Below, in pieces: positions 45,751 to 57,489 of a stretch of DNA of 64,000 bases (within the stretch, counting starts at the first letter, position 1; each line of letters starts with the position of its first letter). Source of the stretch: the human T2T-CHM13v2.0 reference genome, Homo sapiens; assembly GCF_009914755.1 (NCBI RefSeq), contig NC_060928.1; one strand, 5' to 3'. The notes under the pieces were generated by a model. The model did not search any database, was not told where the DNA came from, and saw only the letters and a program-made list of their open reading frames with translations. A program made the position numbers and the translations under genes.

Positions 45751-45939
45751 GACAACATATTCTTAATTTAATCCCACAGTTTAAGACTTACAGGTAATTT
45801 AAATTAAATTCAACTTACTGAGTAGTTACTAAGGGTAACTCACTATGGGAAGTACTGTGGGAAGTACAAGGGTAAATCAGACATGGTGCCTGCTCTTAAG
45901 GAATTTACGATACACTGGGAAAAGAGAAGAAAAGGAAGT

Positions 45940-47000
45940 AGACGTAACCAGCATTTACTAATTGCTTGCCATGTGCCAAGTGTTTTACCCAATCACTGCA
46001 TATATAGCTCCCAATGACTCTGTGAGGTAGATACTGTAACATCCATTTTATATAGGGAGAAAAATGAAGGCACTGAGACCTTAAGTAACCACCTCCAAAG
46101 CTGGGATTTAAACTCACATCTTGGATTCAGAGGCCTGTGTTCATTCCACTATACATGTTGTTCCCTATGATTCAAGGCAGAATGTGACAAATCCTGGGGA
46201 AGCTCCAGGAAGGTAGAAGAGGAAGAGAAGAGACTGCCCCTTGCCTGAGGGTAAAGGCACATGACAAAGGTAGGTCTTAGAGGTCAGGAAGGCTTATGTT
46301 TGACAGAGATAGAGGGTGGAAAAAAATTGTACAAGCAGAGCAAAATGACGGAGGCAGGAAAGTTCAGTACATACTTAGGGCCCAGTGGAATTGTGGACCA
46401 TAAGGCTGGAAAGTGATGCAGGGAAAAATCATGGTCATAATGAAATGCTAGCTCAAGGAGTCTGAACTCCACCATCAGGCAATGGTGAGCCACTGTAGGT
46501 TTTTGAGATGGGACATAGTCAGAGCTATGCTTCGGGAAGATCACCATGGCAATAATGCATTGCAAGGATAGAGGGGGTGAGAGTAATTTAAAGGTAGGAA
46601 AAGCAGTTAGAAGGTCACTGGTGATAGCAGATGGGGCATAATTAGTCAGAATGGAAAAGAGGATATGGACGTGAGAGATATCTTAGAGGTGTGAATGACA
46701 GAACTCGGCAATCACTGCATTTCATAATGCATCAAGTAGGCTGACAATATATCCTGATTTGCCTGGGATATGTTTTCCTAGTGTAATTACAAATGGCACC
46801 CTTTTACTCTCCAAAAGGTCCATGTTTGGACAATAAGCTATATTATCATATTAATTAGGAGCAATGAGTACAAGGAATCAAAGGTGACTCCAAGACTTTA
46901 AACCTGGATTAGTAAGGAAAGTGGTAACACCTTTGGAAACACAGAAGGGAAATCAGGTTTTGGGGAAATATGTTGAGTTTTGATCTGGACATGTTAACTT
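45940..47000. mobile_element. MIR (~45940-46150), L2 (~46250-47000) and MER94-like (~46737-46852) remnants within the retrocopy 3'UTR
   Basis: MIR 'ctgtgaggtagatactg..catccattttata...ctgggatttaaactc'; L2 'ggcaatggtgagccactg..ggttttt' and 'gttgagttttgatctggacatgttaa'. Confidence 0.65.
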
Positions 47001-47018
47001 TGCTGCTGAGGTGAGGAT

Positions 47019-48070
47019 TTATTTAACAGCAAGAAGCACCTTGCCCATGGATTTCCCCTGTATCACATGAAGGAAGGCATCACTGACCTCCTCCAGCTTG
47101 AAAACCATTCCAACATATGGTTGGATGCGCCCTTGTTGGCAGTACTGAAGCACTGAAGACAGGCTCCTGGAGAAGACGGGAAAGTTCATTTCTTTGTATT
47201 GACCATAGTACAGGCCCATCACAGAGACCTTCTTCAGGAGCAGAAGGTTGGCTGGCACCGAAACAATGCTCCCTCCAGCAAATCCCACCACTGCAATCCT
47301 GCCCTCCCATGCCAGGCTGTGGAGAGCCTCCAGGAAGACGTCTCCTCCCACCATGTTGATGGCCACATTCATCCCACCCTCGCCCACCAGCTTCCTCACT
47401 GCATCCTTCAGGCTGCTCTGACTATAGTTCACGCTGAACTGTGTGCCCCTCTGCATCACCAGGTTGCACTTCTCGCCACTTCCAGCAGCAGCTATTACCT
47501 TGGCCTGAAGAGCATTTGTTGCCACATCTATCACTACAAGGCCTGTGGCTCCAGCTGCTGCCATCACTAAAACAATTTCTCCAGGTTGGGTATGGGCCGA
47601 TGCTCAAGAGCAAAAATAGCAGTGCCATAAGATAAATGGAGGACAGCAGCTTCTTGTAGGGAGAACTTTTCTGGAATCTGCCACAGGTTCTTCTGATCAG
47701 TGACACATTCTTCAGCCATACATTTAAAGTTTCTTATGCCAATAACTCTATCTCCCTCTTTAACTGTGCTGACATCTGTGTCTGTCTCCAATCCTGTCCC
47801 AGAAAACTCCATTCCAGGTATGAAGGGAAGATGGGGCCTTTCCTAATATTCACCACGGCAGACCAAAACATCAGCAAAGTTAACTCCACAGAAATGGACA
47901 TCAACTGTGACCTCGTGAGGCCTGACGGGGCGGGGGGCCACCTCTTCAACCGTCAGGGGCTTCTTCAGCTCTGCGCAAATCACAGCGCGGTAGTGCCGGC
48001 CGCAGTCCTGCCTCTCTCTCCTGCAGAGCAACGACTGAGGGAGGCACTGCCTGCAGAGCACTGCCGCCAT
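47019..48070 (-). pseudogene. CRYZL2: Disrupted CDS, ~350 codons, MDR/zeta-crystallin quinone reductase fold
   Basis: Three ORF pieces join colinearly: ...VHFCGVNFADVLVCRGEY*ERPHLPFIPGMEFSG...GDRV...YGTA..AL / GEIVLVMAAAGATG...GRIAVVGFAGG...GKSMGKVLLAVK; TAG at 47843-47845; 1-bp deletion near 47597. Confidence 0.9.
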
Positions 48071-49279
48071 AGCCAGGCCAAGCGAGGGGCAAGCAAAAGA
48101 TTTTTAAAATAAGAGAACAAATTGAGAAGATCTCAATACGGGTTCAACACCAGCAAACAATAAATGACTTTCATATTTTTTCATTTTTATGTAAGAACAT
48201 AATTTACCCCTGGCTAAAAAAAAAATTCAAAACATAATGGTTAAAACTTAAAATAATATAGTAGCAATTTCAAATAGATACAATAAACTTAAGCTTTTAA
48301 AAATATATTCAGGTAAAAATATATCTTAAAAGCTATCTTGATACAGAGGATAGAAATAACCTCAAAGAGCTGTTAATCTCATAAACTCTGGGGACAAAAG
48401 CACACTAAAACAGGTGCAGAATACAATGTCAAAGAAAACCCACTCTCTGGACACTTTTTTTTAGACAAGATAAAGGATTTCTCTTAGACTACATCCTCTA
48501 AATTTCATCTTTTTAGGCTTATTAAATATTTCATAACTATATCCATTCCACCGTTGAGGTAGGACACTACTCATAGGAAAAAAAAGAGTGGCTGTTGACT
48601 TGCATTCTTCCTTAAATATAAAAGTATGTACTGAGAACCTACTGTGTACCTAGCATGATACCAAAACTACAATGGAGAACTCTGCATTTAACAAATAAAC
48701 AATCTTTCTAAAATTAAGGCATGCGTATATAAGGAAGATAAAAAAAAACCTAAATCTCATGGCAAATGTTCCTCAGTAAATTTGTGAAAATTCTTGAGTA
48801 ATTATATTCATAAAGGACTTATTAGACTGAGAAAGAAAAATTACTAAACTCCTATATTATACCTATCTTTTCCAACAAAAGGTAACTTTCCTGGTGAAAA
48901 TAAAAAACTAGTTCATAAAAATAGACTTCAAAATAGATGAAAACAATTGTCAGAGATAACCAAGATGTTCCAGATAAATTCAGGATTCTGAATTGATATT
49001 GTAACAATACAGAGAAAGCCAGCACAGGAAATTGTGTATACTGTTAAGAATTTTTTATGCATTAAGGAGAACTCTCTATATATCACAAAGTGATGATGGG
49101 TCATTACTTTCACACACACATACACACACACAAACACACACACATTGGTCACATGCTGATCCATAGGTCCATGCTGTGTATGTGTAATAAAAAACTAGTT
49201 TTTTAATTTTCACCAGGAAATAAATAAATATATATGTGTATGTGTATATATATACACATATATATACACACACACATAC

Positions 49280-49640
49280 ACACCATGGAATACTACTAAG
49301 CCATAAAAAAGGAATGAAATAATGGCATTCAGAGCAGCCTGGATGGAGTTAGAGACCATTATTCAAAATAAAGTAACTCAGGAATGGAAAACCAAACATC
49401 CTATGTTCTCACTTATAAGTAGGAGTTAAGCTATGAGAACACAAAGGCATACAAATGATATAATGAACTCTGGAAACTCGGGGGAAGGGTGGGAGACAGG
49501 TGAGGGAAAAAAGACTACACACTGGGTGCAGTGTACACTGCTCGGGTGATGGGTACACCAAAATCTCAGAAATCACCATTAAATAGCTTATTTATGTAAC
49601 CAAACACCACCTGTTCCCCAAAAACTATTGAAATAATTTT
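49280..49640 (+). mobile_element. L1PB-like 3' end preceded by (CA)/(TA) repeats
   Basis: 'ccatggaatactactaagccataaaaaaggaatg...cacctgttccccaaaaactattgaaat'. Confidence 0.85.
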
Positions 49641-49649
49641 TAAAAATTA

Positions 49650-50540
49650 AAAGCAAGGTTTAATAGATTGAAATAATTGAGTATGCTCTACTTCAATCAT
49701 GGAAGTATGCTTGAAATCAATAACAAATAATGAAAAATAAAACTACATAGGGATTAAACACACTTCTAAATATGTCAAAATAGAAAAACAAACATGAATT
49801 AAAAAACATCTTACACTAAGTGAAAATAACCAACATAACAGAATTTGTAGAATTCAGCTAATGTAGCACATTAAGGAAAGCGATTTCTGCTTCAAATATA
49901 TACATAATCAAAAAGAAAAGAAGCTGAAAATTATCAATTTAGGGTTCATTTTAAGAAACTAGAAAAAAAACAAATGAAAATCACAAGAAATGCAAAAGAA
50001 AAAATATAAAGAAATAGAAATTAAATATATAATAGAGAATATCAACAGTCAAAAGTTTTTCTTTAAAAAGAGTATAAATATTGATAAACTCCTAGTAAGA
50101 CTTATTACAGAAAAATTAAAAAAAAAGAAAATACGAATCACCAACATCAAAGGGAAAAGAGGGAACTTAACTATAGTTTTCATAAACACAAAAAAAAGAA
50201 GAGAATGTTATGATTAACTTTAAGCAAATATATTTGGCAATTTGAAAAATGGATATATTTCTCAAAAATTGAATGAATAAAAGTAGACAAAAGAAGAAAT
50301 AGTTCAATATTTATTAAAGGAACTGAATATTTTTTTCAAAAACCTTCTCACGGAGAAAAATCTAAGGTCCAGAAACTTTAACAGTGAATTCTTATAAATA
50401 TTTAAGAAAGAATAACTCAATCTTGGAAAAAACCTAGTAAAAACTCTTCCAGTGAATTCAGGGGGATACTCTTTTTTAAGAACCCAGAATACCTTGACCC
50501 CCAAACCTATAAAAGGTCATTATAAGAAAGGACATTTGCA
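49650..50540 (+). mobile_element. Ancient L1M ORF2 remnant
   Basis: Degenerate IDKLLVRLI..KK...ITNIK..RG frame (ORF 49990-50217). Confidence 0.7.
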
Positions 50541-50599
50541 TTCCCTGTCTATAACTTTTTTTTACTTTTGCCAACACTGCCCTCCTTGAATTTATTGAA

Positions 50600-51450
50600 T
50601 AGCCTATGTACTGCCATGTTAGGCAGTATATTATTTCCCATCAAGGAACAATTTCAGAGGAAAAGAAATGTAACAATGGACTCATGTCCATAGAATTTAC
50701 TAGGTCTAACACATCTTCATCAGTTAAAAGTAGCTGGCCTAAAAGAACAGAAAGGACTGCCAAAAACTCGATAATGGTGCCAATTGAGAGACAAAACACT
50801 GAGAGGACAGGATTCTGGCTTACAGAATTTAAAACAGGCTTTGTATCAGACATCAATCTAGTGCAGTCTTTCCCCATATCCAGAACTCATAAGTCCAGCA
50901 ACCAAGGAATAGAAGTTCAAATAGCTCTTCTCACTATTTCGCCTTGTCACACACTCACAAAATTTTTGCCTCTTGTCTCTACAACTTTGAGCTGTACTTG
51001 TTTAGAAGTCTTGGTTCTCAAGGAAGGAATGTTTCCACACTCTGATTCTACAAAACTAAAAGTTGAGACTGCCAACTAGTATTTTATGCTACTCGTGCCA
51101 CTGGACCAAAGTAAAAGTTTCTCTACTGACTGGGGTGACTTATCACAATTAACAAGTGGAAATTGGGTTGATGTTACATAGTGAGGGCAGGTGTCAGTGG
51201 ATTCTCTGAGGTTCCTGTTAATAATTTTATCTCCTTATTAAGAGTTAATGAAAATGTAAATCAACCAAAAAAAAAAGCAGTGCCACAGAGGATTTATATC
51301 CTTCAAAAATGAAGGGTGTAGATTATTCCAACAAATAAAGAACCCTGAACAGCTGACAACCTGGCTGAGAGTAAAGGAAACATAGACAGGACCATAGACG
51401 TGAGAAGTAAGAAATATCACCTATGGTCTTTGACCAGTTAACACATAAGG
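50600..51450 (+). mobile_element. ERVL-class internal remnant (integrase end plus dUTPase-like region)
   Basis: 'catcaaggaacaatttc...caatggactcatgtccatagaattta' resembles SDQGTHF..QWAH.HGI; LEVLVLKEGMFP and 'gttgagactgcca' resemble ERVL dUTPase. Confidence 0.65.
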
Positions 51451-51569
51451 ACTGTGGCAACTATGCATATTAACTTTTTTACCTAGTGTGTGTGTTAACT
51501 TTTTTCATCTTTCCTCTTATCCCTCCTTTTTTTATTTTCTAAAAGTCTTACAAGAAATTAACAACGAAG

Positions 51570-52990
51570 AGTGATATCTGCAAGATGGGAGAATAGGACT
51601 TTCCAACACTCATCTCATTACAGAAACATCAACTTGAACAACTGTCCACAAGCAAAATGTTGTGGATAACCTTAACAAGAGCTAAAGAATTCAGGTGAGA
51701 CATTACAGCACCTGGGTGTAACACAGAAATAATAAAAGATGCATTGAGGTTAGAAAGTACGGGTTTACATTATTTGTGTCACTCCCATCCCCAAGCCCAG
51801 GCAGCATACTGTGGGCAGAGATAGTCTCCTCATAGGGGGAAGGAGAGTGAAGTGATCACCTAACTTTGCCATGCACCCCTGACCAAGCAGGCACTAATGG
51901 CCTCAGGCTCCAGGCCCACTCCACTACCAATCCTGCTCCGGCAGCCCCAGGATCCAGCTCAATTCCTGCAGACTCATAGTCCAGACCTACCCCAGTTTCC
52001 AAAGTGGCCTGACAAGTCAAAATAATTGTCTTAAGAAAATTCAGTGATCTACAAGAGAACACAGACAACTAAGCAAATATCAGTAAAACAATATGGAAAC
52101 AAAATTAGAAGTTCAATAAAGAGATAGAAGCCATGGAAAAGAACCCAAAAAGAAATTCTGGACAATGACAAAACTGAAAAATTCCACAGAGAGCTCCAAT
52201 AGTACACTAAATCAAGCAGAAGAAAGAATTAGTGAGCATGAAGATAGGTTATTTGAAATTACCCAGAGGAACAAAAAGAAAGCAAAAAACCTACAAGACA
52301 TATATGGGACATCATCAACTGAATCAATATATGCATTATGCACTTCCCAGAAGGAGCAGAGAGAAAAAAAGGATAGAAAAGTTACTGAAAAATATGACAG
52401 AAAACTTCGCAGATCTGGAGTAGAAAATGAACATCCAGATCGACAAGGCTAAGTGTTCATCAACGGATAAAGAAAAGTGGCACATATATACAATGTAATA
52501 TTATTCAACCTTTAAAAAGAAGGAAATCCTGTCATTTGCAACAATATGAATGAACCTAGAGGACATTATGATAAGGGAAATTAGCAGATACAGAAAGACA
52601 AATTCTGCATGATTTCACTTATATGTTGAATGTAAGGAAATTGAACTCTTAAAAGCAGAGAGTAGAATGGTGGTTTCCAGGAGCTGGAGGGCAGGTGAAG
52701 AAATGGAGAGATTTAGGCCAACGGTTACAAAGTTTCTGATAGGAAGAGTAAGTTCTGATGAATAAGCTGCATGATGACTGAAGTTAATAATAATAGGTCA
52801 TATACTTAAAAATTGTTAAGATCTTAAATGTTCTAACCACAAAAATGTATTTGTGGTGATGAATATGTTAATTAGTTTTATTACATCATTTTACAGGGAA
52901 TACATACATCAAAACATCACATTGTATGTCATATATATATATATGTAATTTTTATTTCCTAATTATTCCTTAGAAAAGCTGGAGAAAAAA
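51570..52990 (+). mobile_element. L1MA-like pieces: 5'UTR, part of ORF1 and 3' end, joined across large gaps
   Basis: 'gcaagatgggagaataggac' 5' start; ORF1 remnant LNQAEERISE.ED; jump at ~52452 to 'ctaagtgttcatcaacggata' and the 3'UTR. Confidence 0.7.
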
Positions 52991-53741
52991 AGGAAAAAAT
53001 AATGTAACAGTTAACAACAACCATAAATTTAAAATGTATAATTCAGCATTTAAGTAACAGAATATTTAGATGGCCTGACTAAATTTGGCCAGAGATGAAA
53101 AAAATGACTGTTAAAAACTTGTGTCTCCTCATTTTGAAGAAACTGAGAATGCCTTTGTTGTACAAAAAATGGTTGTATCTTATTACTAAGAAAAAAAGTT
53201 GTTTGTAGTGCTGTGTGGAAGTTCAAATATGTATAAAAATGCACAGGTATGCTGAATAGCCAATGGGGTGAAATGTATGAAATTTTAAACTACTGTCTCT
53301 CAGCTCCAAACCTAGGAATCTGCAAACCATATTTATGCTTTGCCAGATGGCTCTCTGTTAGGTCCTGCAAACAGGAGATGCTAGACAGCATATGCAAGGT
53401 TAGGGGAAGAAGGGATTTCCCCTTTTCAATAGGCTTCTACATTCTGGAAGCAGCAGTTCCTTCCCATAATTGCAATTTTCCAAATCCACTTGCAATTTTT
53501 CCAACATGCTTCTGCTTTTTTCCCGGTGTCATTATGTACCCTATGAAACTTTATAACATGAGTATTTCTTTCTCTCATTATTTTCCTTCTTTATACTCCT
53601 CCTTGCATCTCTGGCCTTTTCCTTTTCCCCTCTTTTCTCTACAAATGTCATTTTATTTTTCTACCAAAGTCATTTCAACTATATAAAACTGTTAGTTTTC
53701 CACACTGGTTTCCCATGTACTTGTGTTGATAATAATAATAT

Positions 53742-54970
53742 TGAGAGGTGACAGCGTGCTGGCAGCCCTCGCAGCCCTCGCTCACTCTTGGCACCTCCTC
53801 GGCCTGGGCGCCCACTCTGGCCATGCTTGAGGAGCCCTTCAGCCTGCCGCTGCACTGTGGGAGCCCCTTTCTGGGATGGCCCAGGCCGGAGCCAGCTCCC
53901 TCAGCCTGCGGGGGGGTGTGGAGAGAGAGGCACAGGTGGGAACAGGGGCTGTGCGCAGCGCTCCCCCTCCCACCCCCCCGCCATGGGCTCCTGTGTGGCC
54001 CACCTCCCCGACAAGTGCCGCCCCCTGCTCCAGGGCGCCCCGTCCCATCGACTGCCCAAGGGCTAAGGAGTGCAGGCGCACAGCGCAGGACTGGCAGGCA
54101 GCTCCACCTGTGGCCCCAGTGCTGGATCCACTGGATGAAGCCAGCTGGGCTCCTGAGTCTAGTGGCGACTTGGAGAATCTTTATGTCTAGCTAAGTGATT
54201 GTGAATGCACCAATTGGCACTCTGTATCTAGCTCAAGGTTTGTAAATGCATCAATCAGCACTCTGTGTCTAGCTCAAGGTTTGAAAATGCACCAATCAGT
54301 GCTCTGTGTCTAGCTAATCTGTTGGGTACTTGGAGAATCTTTTTGTCTAGCTAAGGGATTGTGAATGCACCAATCGGCACTCTGTATCTAGCTCAAGGTT
54401 TGTAAATGCACCAATCAGCACTCTGTGTCTAGCTCAGGGTTTGTAAACCAATCAACACTCTGTATCTAGCTAATCTAGTGGAGAACTTTTATGTCTAGCT
54501 CAGGGATTGTAAACACACCAGTCAGCACCCTGTCAAAATGGACCAATCAGCTCTCTGTAAAACAGACCAATCGGCTCTCTGTAAAATGGGCCAATCAGCA
54601 GGATGTGGGTGGGGCCAGATAAGAGAATAAAAGCAGGCTGCCTGAGCCAGCAGTGGCAACCCACTTGGGTCCCCTTCCACAATGTGGAAGCTTTGTTCTT
54701 TCACTCTTTGCAATAAATCTTGCTACTGCTCACTCTTTGGGTCCACACTGCGTTTATGAGCTGTAACACTCACCGCGAAGGTCTGCAGCTTCACTCCTGA
54801 GGTCAGCGAGACCACGAACCCACCAGAAGGAAGAAACCCTGAACACATCCGAACATCAGAAGGAACAAACTCCGGACACACTACCTTTAAGAACTGTAAC
54901 ACTCACCGCGAGGGTCCGCGGCTTCATTCTTGAAGTCAGTGAGACCAAGAACCCACCAATTCCAGACACA
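53742..54970 (+). mobile_element. LTR12 (HERV9) solo LTR, ~1.23 kb
   Basis: 'tgagaggtgacagcgtgctggcagccctc' to 'ccaattccagacaca'; GC-rich U3; tandem 'gcaccaatcagcactctgtgtctagct' subrepeats; near-TSD atat/atag. Confidence 0.96.
54170..54640 (+). promoter_or_regulatory. LTR12 enhancer/promoter: clustered CCAAT (NF-Y) boxes, GATA-like sites, AATAAAA TATA box near 54626
   Basis: Repeated CCAAT and TATCT motifs visible; function inferred from known ERV9 LTR biology. Confidence 0.7.
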
Positions 54971-55919
54971 ATAGGATGTTACTTAATAAAAACATTTTAA
55001 ACATATGTGATGGAAAATGCCTTTTCCTCTACACATGCTATAGTAATACAATAGGACTTTTGTCTGCCCCTAAAAACTCCCAATGGGAAGGTCATTAGTA
55101 CATAGTTTTGTATATAATTAGGAGCAGATGCTCAAAATTTTAATATTCTGAATTGGTCAAAGTATAACTATGTTAAGCATATCAGTGACTCATATTTCTA
55201 CATGTAAATCCAGCATTAAAGATGACAGCCTTCTTCATTAGGGTAGGTAATTTTGAAAAGGGATATGAGTTCTTAAATGTTTAAATATACTAATGCAAGG
55301 TTTACTCTTCATGAATATGTTCATCTTAAGATGATTAGACATTTGAAGTCAATTTTTAAATGTCATGTTTTATTCGTCATAAATTTGATATAAAGAGGTT
55401 TTAATGATAATAATACCATATTATAACATATGTAGAGGTAGTAGATAAGTCATGTTTGCATCAGGGACCTTAAATTATGGAGTTAAAAGTCCTGGCTAAT
55501 CATCTCTGTATCATTTTTAATATATTGTCCCTCTTTTCACTCCCACATTTTCTACCAAACAATGACTTGTTGATACAAAATGTTGGATGGATGCCATAGA
55601 TGCAGCAGCAGAATTTATTTCTCAGAGATTATGTAGAATATGAATCATTTGTTGTTGTTCATTCTAAATGAATATGGCACCTTCAAAATTAGAACAGATT
55701 GCATTCTCAAAACACATGAGAAAATGTTATCAACCAAAGAGTAAAGATAAAATTATTTCTTTGCAAATCTATTACTTCTGAGATTTATGTACTGCAAATA
55801 AAAATAACCAGAACTAAAAGTTCTAACCTAGAAGTTCTGAATTGCATTCTCTTCACAATCTATATAACCAGACAGGCAATAGCACTCAATCAGGAATTAA
55901 GTTGTTAGAATCTGGTTTA

Positions 55920-56026
55920 TCACAGTGCATCATGTTCAGCAGTTTCCTTCACTGTTCCTTCTCGGCCTTGATGAAGATGGCAACTATCAGCACTTATTCC
56001 TGCTGTTTGCTTATCAAACCCATTTT
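55920..56026 (-). other. Candidate terminal coding exon of an unidentified minus-strand gene
   Basis: Branch-like 'tctaac' plus 'ttcattagttcag' acceptor; non-repeat, less AT-rich; reads (E)NGFDKQTAGISADSCHLHQGREGTVKETAEHDAL*. Confidence 0.35.
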
Positions 56027-57401
56027 CTGAACTAATGAAGTTAGACAATTAAATAAAAAATTTATAAAAAGTTTAAAATGTAATGGAAGTACAGGAAGTA
56101 TATAAGTGCACTATGACCAATTCACTCTTCAGTGTGTCAGAAATCATTTATCTAAAATCCTTTACTTGTACTGATGGCCCTGCAGTAAGAAAATTTATTA
56201 TAATGTGCTGTCTCCCATCAGTGGTTAGTTGTATAATAAGATAACAACAGACCAACCAACAAAGCAAACCCTAAAAACTGTCCAAGAATCTAAGAATTTT
56301 CCATATTCAATGAGAAAGTATAACAAAAGAAAGAAGTGAGAGTAACAAAATACAGTTTTTAGTCAGAATAACTTTGATTCTTATTCAGCTGAAATTCATT
56401 TCTAATGTGTTTTTACTATCTTCAGGATCCCAAGGATCTGTGTCCCAGGCCCAGGGGATCTTTATTTTGAGCTCCTGAGACACTTTTACCAGCTGACCTG
56501 TGACACCTCTTCAGAAGTCTGAATTCTGAATCCCAGCTCCATAAGATCTCTGCAAGCTTTCAAATTTTAGTAATTCTAACCTATACCTTTTATTCCTCAA
56601 GGCTTAATGACGGTGGCATTTCCTGTATCACTACCTCCATGATACCTTAGTGTTCCTTCACCTTTTCAGCTTTCCAATATCCATAATTCCTTATACAATT
56701 TTATCTCAAAACTACTAGTATGGTTCTGTCTTCTGACTAGATCCTGACTGATCATAGGCCCTCTCTACCTAAATGTATCTTTATGCATTTTGATCTGCAG
56801 TAGCCACCTACTGCATGAGACAAGGAGGGTGTTACTCTAACACCTTTCCAGACTTTCAGATAGAAAATGAAGTTCATACTTCATCATCCCTGGGATTTCT
56901 AGACCCAAGTCTGTGATTATCCTACCACTACTTCCCAAACTCCAGTCTTACCAGGGTTCACCCACAATGTGAGAGAGCATAAAACAGACCTCAAATTCAG
57001 ATCTCAATTCCCTTGCTTTTCTACTCTTTTTGATCCTTCCATGTCCTTCCCATCCAAGAAGGGCTCTCTCTTTCATTTTACCAGACTTCCCCTATCTTGT
57101 ACTTTTCCTATTCTCTTTCTCATAGAAATGCTTTTATATCTCTGCCATCACCATTAGAAGAACATGCTCCACCTATCCTGCTGGTCCCAAGAACCATTAT
57201 AAAGTCATGGCTCCCCACAACTATTGTCTCTGAAATGAACTTTAAGAAATGTTTCCGAAGTAAAACACTTATTCTTTCCATGCCTTTGCATTTCTGACAT
57301 AGAAATTCTAATCCTCTGCAAGACAAAGGAGCTTCTGGTTTAAAAAGATGAGTTTCACTTTCAAGGAAGTGTGAAAAACAAAAAGACATCACTAAATTTT
57401 A

Positions 57402-57489
57402 ACATGTTCTTCATTAATATTATATTAATAGAATGATGAAAAGAGACATGTTCTTCATTAATATTATATTAATAGAATGATGAAAAGAG
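57402..57489. repeat. Perfect 44-bp tandem duplication
   Basis: acatgttcttcattaatattatattaatagaatgatgaaaagag x2. Confidence 0.97.

Larger units (their letters stand above)
45084..48094 (-). pseudogene. CRYZL2: Processed retrocopy (5'UTR, CDS, long 3'UTR) of a quinone oxidoreductase-like protein 2 / zeta-crystallin-like 2 mRNA
   Basis: Intronless MDR-family CDS; TSD aaaagattttt at 45073-45083 and 48095-48105; minus-strand AATAAA at 45094-45099 just before a short A tail. The symbol names the recalled parent family, not this locus. Confidence 0.85.

Noticed and set aside
47199-48112. Plus-strand ORFs of 123 and 93 aa
   Set aside because: Antisense shadows of the pseudogene CDS
50606-51079. 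157-aa ORF
   Set aside because: Wanders across frames of a decayed ERVL pol remnant; not a plausible protein
53748-54194. 148-aa Pro-rich ORF and overlapping frames
   Set aside because: Entirely inside LTR12 U3; a common spurious ORF
54170-54600. Regularly spaced ~40-bp repeats resembling a CRISPR array
   Set aside because: These are LTR12 U3 enhancer subrepeats: no unique spacers, no cas genes, primate DNA
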